61,568 bases of DNA, from positions 1-61,568 of IMG/VR virus record IMGVR_UViG_3300030107_002736; one strand, 5' to 3'. The notes beneath the pieces are model-generated. The model was not told the DNA's origin. It saw nothing but the letters and a program-made list of their open reading frames with translations, and searched no databases. Of the stretch, positions 39,703-47,411 are shown in pieces (position 1 is the stretch's first letter; each line of letters begins with the position of its first letter). Origin of the DNA: a virus (lineage: Duplodnaviria > Caudoviricetes). Both the position numbers and the translations under genes were made by a program.

Positions 39703-40854
39703 TTAGAAGTGGAAATCTCCACAGTCATGGAGGTGGCGTCCCCACGCTACCTCCTTAGTGATGTCCTCATTCACTGCCTTCGCCATGTGTGCGAAGGTTA
39801 CTTCCATCTCCTCCCCGAACAATCTCATGAACGGGAATAATTTATTTACTACGGCAGGGTTCTTCTTCACACGCTTCGCAAGCATGGCGGTCATAGCACA
39901 GAGTGTCTGCCTGCCATTGTGAGTCACGTTGTTTCTGATCTGTTCGATCTCAGACGCATGTGCATCGGGATCGTCGATCATAGCATCAATGTCACCTAGC
40001 TTGCTCATGGCCTTGTGCATAGCGAATAGCTCTGCCCCTGCATGGATACCGATGAAGCCCTCAGCAATACCTCTACCCAGATTTGTGTCTAAGTCGATTG
40101 CCCCCGCAACCATTAGGTCACTGAGCCGCTTCGCCTGTCTTGCGCAATTGAACGGCTGACCTTCCTCGGAACCCTTGGCATGCTGAGTGAACAGCCAGTC
40201 ATCTCCGAATGCTTTTGCGCAGGCCATGATGAGCGAGTCCAGCTCTCCTGCGTGGAAGTTCATCCATGATTGGGTATCATTACTTACCTCAATGATACAC
40301 GCCCTAGACACCAGATCGGATTGCAGATCTACCGATCCTGCATTGTCCTCAACCCTGTTGCCTGTAGCTACGATGCGCATACCATCCGGCTTTATCCACG
40401 CATCACCCAACCTACCTTCATTGATTATGGATGATATCGACTTGAAGTGCTCTTCTTCCTTGGCAACCTCATCCAACAAAAGCGTATTGTGGATAAGATT
40501 TTTAGGCCCCCAAGTGTGGTCGGCCCCTGCAAGGAAGGACGCCGCTATCGTCTGATAGACGGTGCCCTCATCACCCCGCACAAAGTTGGGGAACATGACT
40601 TCTTCCTTACCCTTGGCGCTGATGTTGATGAAGGTGTAGGTGGGCGAGCCATCGTGTGGCCGCTCAACACTACTATCAATGGGCTCCTCGCCCTTCTCCT
40701 CAATCGCCCTCCTCTTGACGATCTCTCTTGCGATGTCGGTCTTACCCGCACCGTTCCGGCCAAGAAGCAGTACCGCAACGCCCTCCTTCAAGAGCATTGT
40801 TCCTGCTTCGGTGGCCTCCTCACAGCTTAGCTGTATTCGAGGATTACCTCTCAT
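39703..40854 (-). CDS. MoxR-like AAA+ ATPase
   Basis: Walker A GRNGAGKT, Walker B LLLDE, sensor ATGN, and LVSR. Confidence 0.85.
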   Translation of the reverse strand: MRGNPRIQLSCEEATEAGTMLLKEGVAVLLLGRNGAGKTDIAREIVKRRAIEEKGEEPIDSSVERPHDGSPTYTFINISAKGKEEVMFPNFVRGDEGTVYQTIAASFLAGADHTWGPKNLIHNTLLLDEVAKEEEHFKSISSIINEGRLGDAWIKPDGMRIVATGNRVEDNAGSVDLQSDLVSRACIIEVSNDTQSWMNFHAGELDSLIMACAKAFGDDWLFTQHAKGSEEGQPFNCARQAKRLSDLMVAGAIDLDTNLGRGIAEGFIGIHAGAELFAMHKAMSKLGDIDAMIDDPDAHASEIEQIRNNVTHNGRQTLCAMTAMLAKRVKKNPAVVNKLFPFMRLFGEEMEVTFAHMAKAVNEDITKEVAWGRHLHDCGDFHF

Positions 40855-41068
40855 CTCCTGCTCCTCCTGACTTTGTGGGTGAAAAATTCACCCGTGAAAC
40901 ATCCTCTCAAACTTCTCAATAAATTTAATTGATATTTTATTTTCGTAAAGACTCCCCTCCTCTGGGTTTCGTAGGCATGACACATCTGTCTCGCACTTGT
41001 TCGCCTGGTTCGAGCTGCGAGATTAAAAATATTTCTGGTTTTCAACATGTCCCAGGCGCATCAACGTG

Positions 41069-41659
41069 TCACTCTACTCCTCCAAACTGTTCGGATCTTG
41101 CAACAACCTTGCTGTGATAGTCCTGACATCTGACATTCCGACATCCGTTGTATCCAAGCAATCCGTCACGCTCGCTCCCGTACCTTCGGATCATGTCCGC
41201 AAGCACGGCCCCTCCCCTGCACACTGAGCCCGACACGCCCCGCATGGGGCCTTCGCACTCCCAAGCATCCCTGTGCATCGGCATGACTTGGTATAGGCCA
41301 ATGGCTCCGGCGTAGCTTACCGCCGTTGTATCAAGCCACGGGTTCTCCACCATCAGCACACCGATCATTGTTGAAAGGGGTAGCTCGTACCTATCACTGA
41401 CCGCACGAACCTCATCTGCTATCCTGCGTATGGCACCTTCGTCCGCACATCCATCACCACTGCACGGCCACCGATTCTGCCAGAGATAAAGCGCGACCGT
41501 ATCCACTTGTGCAACAATAGGTTCCAGTTGCACGACAGGAACCTCGGCCCGCTCGCAACTCACGAGTGAAAAACCCAAGGTTAAAACTGAAAAGCAGAAA
41601 TATATTTTTATCACCCGGCCCTGTGCACAAGATTTCTTGTGTCGAAACCTATTCATCAT
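41069..41659 (-). CDS. Lytic transglycosylase (SLT-like), probable lipoprotein
   Basis: VLMVEN catalytic Glu, AVSYAGAIGLYQVMP and YNG; signal peptide with an LVSC lipobox; true start probably downstream of 41659. Confidence 0.8.
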   Translation of the reverse strand: MMNRFRHKKSCAQGRVIKIYFCFSVLTLGFSLVSCERAEVPVVQLEPIVAQVDTVALYLWQNRWPCSGDGCADEGAIRRIADEVRAVSDRYELPLSTMIGVLMVENPWLDTTAVSYAGAIGLYQVMPMHRDAWECEGPMRGVSGSVCRGGAVLADMIRRYGSERDGLLGYNGCRNVRCQDYHSKVVARSEQFGGVE

Positions 41660-41897
41660 ATACAGTTCGGGCCCGCACCACCCAATACTTAGGGTCGTAC
41701 TCTCGGGCGTGGTCCTTATCTAGCCATGACACCATGTGCCGAAGGACTTGGGTGTTACCCATTTCCTCAAGCCCCTTGCAGAAATTCTCCAAGGATCTGA
41801 TGTCTTCATACTTCTCCCACTCACCGTTGGTGTGCTTGGCAAGTGTTCTCGCCACCTTCTCGTACAGTCTCATGATCCTGACTCCTCTACCAAGCAA
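41649..41897 (-). CDS. Hypothetical early protein
   Basis: Coupled ORF; the likely start is the internal MRLYEK. Confidence 0.5.
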   Translation of the reverse strand: MLGRGVRIMRLYEKVARTLAKHTNGEWEKYEDIRSLENFCKGLEEMGNTQVLRHMVSWLDKDHAREYDPKYWVVRARTVYDE

Positions 41898-42262
41898 GTC
41901 CGTAGCTCTTGAGCGTACCCGTTGATACGGATGGCCCCATCTAACATATGGTTCGGGTTGGGAGCCTGAGCCATTGCCCTTAAGAGACTTTCGTAGTGGC
42001 CCACGGATATCATTCGGAGCATATCAGCCTCACGGGTAGCTTGCTCTAGTCGCAACTTCAGATCGTCAATAGCGGCATCTTTATACTCAGCTTCTGATTC
42101 TTTTTGCCCTAAGACATGGCAGACATTATCTGCTAACTGCTCCACCGCTTCCTTCTTGGTGAGCTTCATGTACTGATCAGTCAGCATGTCGAACCTCTCC
42201 TTCCGTTTCCGCTCACGCTTCCGCGCCCTTCTCTTCTCTTCCTTCCTCCACTTATTCCACAT
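41870..42262 (-). CDS. Hypothetical early protein with a basic N-terminus and coiled coil
   Basis: AGGAGGAG RBS; 130 aa. Confidence 0.55.
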   Translation of the reverse strand: MWNKWRKEEKRRARKRERKRKERFDMLTDQYMKLTKKEAVEQLADNVCHVLGQKESEAEYKDAAIDDLKLRLEQATREADMLRMISVGHYESLLRAMAQAPNPNHMLDGAIRINGYAQELRTCLVEESGS

Positions 42263-42443
42263 CGTTCTTCTCCTCCTTAGACCTGTTTAAGACCACAACG
42301 TGTGCGCCCAACCTTTCCGCAAGTGTGAAATATGCAGGGTTTAGGTTGCGTTTTGAAATGAACATTCTGCCGATCCTAGAATCTTTCCTAGGCATCCCAT
42401 AATGTTTCTCCAAGTACATTTCCTCCTCACTTAATTCACTCAT
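42252..42443 (-). CDS. Hypothetical early protein
   Basis: ATG 42443 preceded by GAGAGGAGGAGG. Confidence 0.55.
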   Translation of the reverse strand: MSELSEEEMYLEKHYGMPRKDSRIGRMFISKRNLNPAYFTLAERLGAHVVVLNRSKEEKNDVE

Positions 42444-42601
42444 CTTCCTCCTCCTCTCTCTCGTCAAACATAGGGTGAACAATTGGTGCCATCAGTATAC
42501 GCAAGATGGCATTCACTTCTACGATTAGCATCGTGTTCTTGCGTTCAATGCGCTCAAAGGTCCGGTTATACGCACGTTCCTCTCGTTCGCGCTGATCCTC
42601 T

Positions 42602-42991
42602 CTAGTCAACGTCATAGTATTCCTTTAGTTGGGTTGCCGCATCCTCAAGGCCTCTTTGCCTGTCCTGCTCCTTGGACCATTCTTCGGCAGTCCAAAATTG
42701 CTCTGGGGTTATGAGCCCCGTCGCCCTGAGGTGCATCTGTTCACGTTCAATGAGATACTTCATGCGAGTCGGCGACTGTCCCAACAACCACTTCGCATTT
42801 ATGACGATGTTCTTTCCGTCGTTGCTCATGGTTTTGGTACCAGAAGGAAACTTTTCTTCAATTAATTCTTTAGCCCTGGCCCTCGCCCCGTCCTCCATCC
42901 GGTCCATGACACGACCAAACAGAAACACATTGAGAACGATGAACCAGAATAGTCCCATTGCACATAGGACAACACTGATCAAGGTTATCAT
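42602..42991 (-). CDS. Hypothetical membrane-anchored early protein
   Basis: N-terminal TM; ATGA coupling. Confidence 0.6.
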   Translation of the reverse strand: MITLISVVLCAMGLFWFIVLNVFLFGRVMDRMEDGARARAKELIEEKFPSGTKTMSNDGKNIVINAKWLLGQSPTRMKYLIEREQMHLRATGLITPEQFWTAEEWSKEQDRQRGLEDAATQLKEYYDVD

Positions 42992-43200
42992 ATCAATACT
43001 CCAGTAGAAAGATATTCGTTAAGGATGGCACCCAACTCACTGGCCTCGACATCTACAGGCGGGGACCGATCCACTTCAAACTCAAGCAGATCTCCGTAGC
43101 TATCCTGCACTACTTTGATATGCTTTCCTGCCAAGCGAGAGCACGGCCACCTCATGCGCCACTCGCTCGGTACCTCCAACTCTATCGTGATTGTCATCAC
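42988..43200 (-). CDS. Hypothetical early protein
   Basis: Coupled ORF; 70 aa. Confidence 0.6.
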   Translation of the reverse strand: MMTITIELEVPSEWRMRWPCSRLAGKHIKVVQDSYGDLLEFEVDRSPPVDVEASELGAILNEYLSTGVLI

Positions 43201-43478
43201 TCACCCTCCAACTTTTTGGGTGAATTTTTCACCCCGTCATTGCTTGGGTCCCGATAGGACTGGATCACCCATCTGCCGTTGCGACCATCACGGCAATCCC
43301 AACACACACGAGCGGGAAGGTACTCAATCGGCCACTTCTCCTCCTTCTTCTTCCGCATCGGCTCCCGCTCCCCACATTCTACACACACCTCGACGTTGAA
43401 AGTCCTAGGCTCTTTGCCAACCTCCCCTTCCGTCACCTGTGTGAACCTGCGCTGTACTGCTCCATGCTTGTCAGTCAT
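43197..43478 (-). CDS. Hypothetical zinc-finger early protein
   Basis: CVEC...CWDC; contains one copy of the 17-bp palindrome. Confidence 0.6.
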   Translation of the reverse strand: MTDKHGAVQRRFTQVTEGEVGKEPRTFNVEVCVECGEREPMRKKKEEKWPIEYLPARVCWDCRDGRNGRWVIQSYRDPSNDGVKNSPKKLEGE

Positions 43479-43756
43479 ACTGATCTCCTTTCTTTGCCAT
43501 CGTTATGGTACGGCCACGCCCGTGCTTCAAACCTTGCTATCTCCTCTACCTCTTCGGCCACTGCATCCAGAAATGCGTCGTCATTCTCAAACGAGGAGCG
43601 GTATTCGCTATCGTATCGGCACCGTGTTGTGCCGAATCTGCCATCGTAATCCACAACGGTATCTAGTGTGCCATCATCGCCTATGGATACAGATTGTCTT
43701 GGGGTAGGCGTATAGGAAGAACCCACAAAGATTCCGCCAATCGTTAGTACGCTCAT
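43475..43756 (-). CDS. Hypothetical early protein
   Basis: ATGA-coupled ORF; 93 aa. Confidence 0.6.
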   Translation of the reverse strand: MSVLTIGGIFVGSSYTPTPRQSVSIGDDGTLDTVVDYDGRFGTTRCRYDSEYRSSFENDDAFLDAVAEEVEEIARFEARAWPYHNDGKERRSV

Positions 43757-43995
43757 ACTAATTCTCCGTCAGAAGTTTTTACGAGTTCGTCCCCTAGGTA
43801 CACCCGACCATCACGCATGAACGTGACAGCATCTATATGTCTACACCAAAGACCGAACACAGATTGGATGTGACCTTGCTCAATACAGATACACACGTTT
43901 GCTATACCTCTCTCGACATACATCGTCGGAGTTATTTCCCTCCGACTCTCCCCGTCCAGAAACGCACGGGCTTCATGGTAGTTACTGATAGTCAT
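43753..43995 (-). CDS. Hypothetical early protein
   Basis: ATG 43995 with a GGAGG RBS and ATGA coupling. Confidence 0.55.
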   Translation of the reverse strand: MTISNYHEARAFLDGESRREITPTMYVERGIANVCICIEQGHIQSVFGLWCRHIDAVTFMRDGRVYLGDELVKTSDGELV

Positions 43996-44456
43996 GATGG
44001 CCTCCAAGGGTTTGGGTCGAAACCAATGTCGTCGGCTCCCCACAGACGGGGATCGAAGTGTGGCTTTCCTAACACTGGCTCGTTCTGAAGCAGGTCGTGG
44101 GGGTTGTGCAACGACAGCCTTGCCTGAAGGATACGAACATCACAATGGTCTAGGTTGGGTGCTATTCCGTAGTGGTATCGTTCGCTCAGCATCCACTCCG
44201 CGAAAGCAATCTGGGCATCATCATAGTGAGTGAAGAAGACAAGCCCGCCGTTGGACAGCTTTAGGTTTGACTCGGGTCCCTCACGTTGCAACATATATTT
44301 GCAACCACCCACGCGATCTTCGTTATCCACCAAGTACCAAACATTGGGGACTACAGTCTCCACCTCGCGCTCGCCTTTGAACTGAACGGAGCTGACTGTC
44401 CGAACACGCTCCCCCTTTTCATAGTGGAAAAGCGCAACTACATACTTGCCGTTCAT
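43992..44456 (-). CDS. Hypothetical early protein
   Basis: Likely start MNGKYVV at 44456 (GAGGGG RBS, ATGA overlap). Confidence 0.6.
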   Translation of the reverse strand: MNGKYVVALFHYEKGERVRTVSSVQFKGEREVETVVPNVWYLVDNEDRVGGCKYMLQREGPESNLKLSNGGLVFFTHYDDAQIAFAEWMLSERYHYGIAPNLDHCDVRILQARLSLHNPHDLLQNEPVLGKPHFDPRLWGADDIGFDPNPWRPS

Positions 44457-44620
44457 ACTGATCCCCTCTTGCCCGTCCACTTGAGCAACTTGTCCTTGTC
44501 CTTGGTGGTCAACTTGTACTCCATCCCCAACCGCACAGGTTGCGGTACGGGTGGCGCGTCCACGAATGGCTTCGCGGTGTCGATCATCCACGCCATCCTG
44601 TCATCAGATACCTTACGCAT
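44453..44620 (-). CDS. Small hypothetical protein (55 aa, not in the ORF track)
   Basis: AGGAGGAG RBS; MRKVSDDRMAWMIDTAKPF...; its stop overlaps the next ATG. Confidence 0.55.
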   Translation of the reverse strand: MRKVSDDRMAWMIDTAKPFVDAPPVPQPVRLGMEYKLTTKDKDKLLKWTGKRGSV

Positions 44621-44684
44621 CTAACTCCTCCTGACTTTCTAGGTGAAATTTTCACCCAAAATTGGTTTACCGAATGCAAACCAA

Positions 44685-44733
44685 CTCCCGTGGGGGGAGT
44701 CGAACCCCCGACCTACCCTACTCTGACACGGGT
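44685..44733 (-). ncRNA. Truncated tRNA-like element (acceptor stem plus T arm, no anticodon arm)
   Basis: ACCCGTG-17 nt-GGGGG TTCGACT CCCCC-CACGGGA-G; intergenic. Confidence 0.6.
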
Positions 44734-44745
44734 ACGTTCAATTGA

Positions 44746-45324
44746 TCAGCCCTCCATCTCCTCCCACTTCCTGAAGTCGCTCTCGTTCTGCTTGCGCCAC
44801 TCTGCCAACGTGGGTGCACTGGCTTCCGATGCAGCAGTTACAACACGGCCAGGCTGATTGTGAGGACCGTACTCATACGTCCCGTCCTCCATGACCTTAC
44901 CGATGTAGCACCTAGGTAGTCGCTTCTTAACGCGACCGACCGGCTGAATCTTAGCTCTCAGCGGTGGTGCTACCCTTACCACCTTGATGTCCTTGGGTTC
45001 AACCCTTACTCTCTTCACTACTGGTGCAGGTCGTGCCTTTTTGGGTGAAATTTTCACCCGCTTTAGCCTCGCTCGCTCCCGTGCTTCCTCGACTGTCCAT
45101 GCTTCCTGCCTCTGGATGTCAACGGGAACCTGACGATTCGTACGACGCGCTTCGTTCATCGCCTCAACTGGCTCAGGCCAGGGGAAGGGCAACTCATCCT
45201 CCACCTTCTTGATGATACGGTAGGCATCGACTATCGACTCGGCGTTGCGAGCACGAACCCACACAACTGGGTTGATACGCTCAAGGCAAGCGGGAACATA
45301 CCGCTCAACCTCTCTCTTTCTCAC
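44746..45324 (-). CDS. First gene of the early operon, basic hypothetical protein
   Basis: GTG start with an AGGAGAGGA RBS; R/K/V/P-rich; contains a palindrome copy. Confidence 0.6.
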   Translation of the reverse strand: MRKREVERYVPACLERINPVVWVRARNAESIVDAYRIIKKVEDELPFPWPEPVEAMNEARRTNRQVPVDIQRQEAWTVEEARERARLKRVKISPKKARPAPVVKRVRVEPKDIKVVRVAPPLRAKIQPVGRVKKRLPRCYIGKVMEDGTYEYGPHNQPGRVVTAASEASAPTLAEWRKQNESDFRKWEEMEG

Positions 45325-45429
45325 TCCTCTCCTCCTGCTCTTGCCGTCACTTTCGAGGTGAAATTTTCACCCAAAAGGTCACAGCGTGGACCCCCCCCCG
45401 CCCGAAGGCGGTTTTCTTCATCACCTATA

Positions 45430-45458
45430 AATATAATCGAAAAATAGTATTTTGTATA
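45430..45458 (-). promoter_or_regulatory. Putative early-operon promoter
   Basis: - strand TATACA-17 nt-TATATT in an AT-rich patch flanked by the CACCTATA/TATAGGTG inverted repeat. A CCGCC-TTCG-GGCGG hairpin follows at about 45397-45411. Confidence 0.45.
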
Positions 45459-45522
45459 TAGGTGGGTACCCCCAGTTTCATGGAGATAATCACGGTGAAT
45501 TTTTCACCCAAGATGTCACCTC

Positions 45523-45551
45523 TTGACCTAACATATCCCTAATGATAGGAT
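45523..45551 (+). promoter_or_regulatory. Putative terS promoter
   Basis: TTGACC-17 nt-TAGGAT with an extended -10 TG; ATG 45557 is 5 nt downstream. Confidence 0.55.
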
Positions 45552-45556
45552 GCTAT

Positions 45557-45997
45557 ATGCCTAACCCACCCACGATTACGCCTAAGCAGTCTGCTTTCGC
45601 AGGCTTCGTAGCTAAGGGACACTCCTATGCGGAGGCCTATCGCAAGGCGTATGATGCGAGCAAGATGAGCAAGCAGGTAGTGTGGAACAACAGCTCCAAG
45701 CTCGCCAAGAATCCACGGGTAAAGGAAGCTATCGAAGGACTGAAGGCTGACACCCAGGTGGTGAAGCAAACCCACGAGAAGCTAAACAACGACTGGATTA
45801 TCCAGAAGCTCAGGGCTGAGGCAGTAGACGACACCAACTCCCCGTCCAACAGGATACGGGCACTTGAACTACTGGGTAAAGCAGGAGGACTATTCGAGGA
45901 GTCCACCCACGTCACGTTTGAGAACAGGTCATCCGATGACCTAGAGAAAGAGCTGATGGACAAGCTCGCCATGTGGTCGTCAGCTAGTAAAGCGTAG
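45557..45997 (+). CDS. terS: Terminase small subunit
   Basis: TPKQSAFA...AEAYRKAY...SSKLAKNPRVKEAI...RIRALELLGK..GLF, typical of TerS. Confidence 0.85.
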   Translation: MPNPPTITPKQSAFAGFVAKGHSYAEAYRKAYDASKMSKQVVWNNSSKLAKNPRVKEAIEGLKADTQVVKQTHEKLNNDWIIQKLRAEAVDDTNSPSNRIRALELLGKAGGLFEESTHVTFENRSSDDLEKELMDKLAMWSSASKA

Positions 45998-46244
45998 GGT
46001 TAGGAACACCCCCCAAAAACTAGCTTTAGGTTGGTGAGATAGAATCTCCTCACACAATCCTAACCTAACGACCTGTACCTCGGTGCTGACAGGGTGCACA
46101 TGGTGACCTATGGGGTGAAAATTTCACCCTAAAAGTGACTTGCCGACCCGTACCTCGGTGCGGGCGGAGGTTGCGGTCTCCCGCGAAGGTTGGAGGGGCC
46201 CCGACGAAGAGGTAGAGATGCGACGAAGGTTGCGGGGACCCACT

Positions 46245-46300
46245 AAAAAAAGTCTGAACACAGACCTAGATTCGCTTGCGAATCCAGGTCGCATGTTCAG
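46245..46300 (-). terminator. Second intrinsic terminator of the orphan gene
   Basis: Long - strand hairpin (GACCTGGATTCG/CGAATCTAGGTC, G-U on the - strand) followed by T7. Confidence 0.6.
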
Positions 46301-46321
46301 TCCTTTAATTTGGGCCTCGAC

Positions 46322-46360
46322 AAAAAAAAGCGGGAGCCGGGTTGTTAGCCCGACCCCCGC
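46322..46360 (-). terminator. Intrinsic terminator of the orphan gene
   Basis: GCGGGGGTCGGG / CCCGGCTCCCGC followed by T8, about 21 nt after the stop codon. Confidence 0.85.
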
Positions 46361-46381
46361 AGTTAGAGTTAACAGGTCACC

Positions 46382-47368
46382 TTAGGCCCAAGGATCCTCT
46401 TTAGTGGGCTGGATGCGAAGCACCTCCGGCGTAGCTAGATCCTCCAAGCAACGCATATCGGATTCGATCTTAGACTTCGCCCGTGCCATCCCACGATGCT
46501 TCGCCTCCAGCTGGTCGTAGAGGGCGTTAAGCTTCATGGTTCCCGCGATGACAATCGACATCGTGTAGTTATGAGGCTTCTGGCCCCACACGATGTCAGT
46601 CACGCGCTCGCCGTCCTCGGTGTCCCGCATGGTGTACTCGGAACGAGGGTTACGAAGCACCCAGAGGGTGTCGGGATCTCCCACTGGATGACCGTAAAGC
46701 ACCAGCTGAGTGTCATCGGCGATGAACTCACGATGAACCTGGAAAGCCATACGGGAGATCTCCACCCACTTAGCTGGCTTACCCATAACGGCACCGCTCA
46801 AGACGGCGAGCATTTCACGCGCATGACCCTCAGAGAGCAGAGAAGCGCAAATGTTCTGGATATCCCTACGCTTCCCTGTCCAGGGACGGTGGGCAGTCTT
46901 GCCCCAATCTGTCCGCGAGCCCGCAGGCTGTGTCGGGACAGGAGTTTCCTGTTGGTCGGCAACGGGAAGCGCGTTCCACTCAGTCATAGCCCGAACATAT
47001 TCGGCTTGAGCGGAGTCGTAAGCCCGCCAGCCGACGCGCTTGGAGGCGTGGAGCATGCCGTTATAAACATCATTGAACAACTGTATGACTGCCGCACGAG
47101 GCATAGACGCCTTAAGCTTTCCAGCCTTCGTGAAGTGGTCGGACAGGAAGTCGGTCAGGCGTCCCAGTATGAGTTGCATCTGCTGGTGGGCCTTCGTCGT
47201 AGCTTTGGCCGTCTCTTTGGCCTTAGGACCGACTTGTGCAATGATGTTGGCCACGTCGGCGACATACTCACTGAGGGCTTTGAAACCCTCGTGGCAGACG
47301 CGAGTGACTGTACCGCGAAGCTTCTCGGCCTTAGCGAGAGCCTGCGGGGACTGTGTTACCTCATCCAT
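46382..47368 (-). CDS. Orphan 328-aa protein, stand-alone transcription unit
   Basis: Likely start ATG 47368 (GAGGT RBS), its own terminators, no recognisable motif. Confidence 0.75.
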   Translation of the reverse strand: MDEVTQSPQALAKAEKLRGTVTRVCHEGFKALSEYVADVANIIAQVGPKAKETAKATTKAHQQMQLILGRLTDFLSDHFTKAGKLKASMPRAAVIQLFNDVYNGMLHASKRVGWRAYDSAQAEYVRAMTEWNALPVADQQETPVPTQPAGSRTDWGKTAHRPWTGKRRDIQNICASLLSEGHAREMLAVLSGAVMGKPAKWVEISRMAFQVHREFIADDTQLVLYGHPVGDPDTLWVLRNPRSEYTMRDTEDGERVTDIVWGQKPHNYTMSIVIAGTMKLNALYDQLEAKHRGMARAKSKIESDMRCLEDLATPEVLRIQPTKEDPWA

Positions 47369-47411
47369 GTTAACTACCTCGTAGTTATGGATCTGTGTGC
47401 CGTAAAGCGAA

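Larger units (their letters stand above)
40877..46129. promoter_or_regulatory. Seven copies of the 17-bp palindrome (G)GGTGAA-WWW-TTCACCC
   Basis: Copies at 40877, 43218, 44641, 45043, 45356, 45493 and 46113; none noticed elsewhere in the window. Confidence 0.85.

Noticed and set aside
40851-41048. 65-aa - strand ORF
   Set aside because: It covers two DNA motifs and an AT-rich tract and has no clear RBS, so it is more likely regulatory sequence. Not fully excluded.
44685-44733. Functional tRNA gene or tRNA-derived attP
   Set aside because: There is no anticodon arm or CCA and no integrase was seen. The 5' acceptor strand is retained, which a simple attP would not need.
40877-46129. Palindrome as a Rex box, parS or CRISPR repeat
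   Set aside because: Rex boxes have a 4-nt spacer and TGTGAA arms, parS has the half-sites in the opposite order, and the spacing here is irregular (137-2341 bp) with no cas genes.
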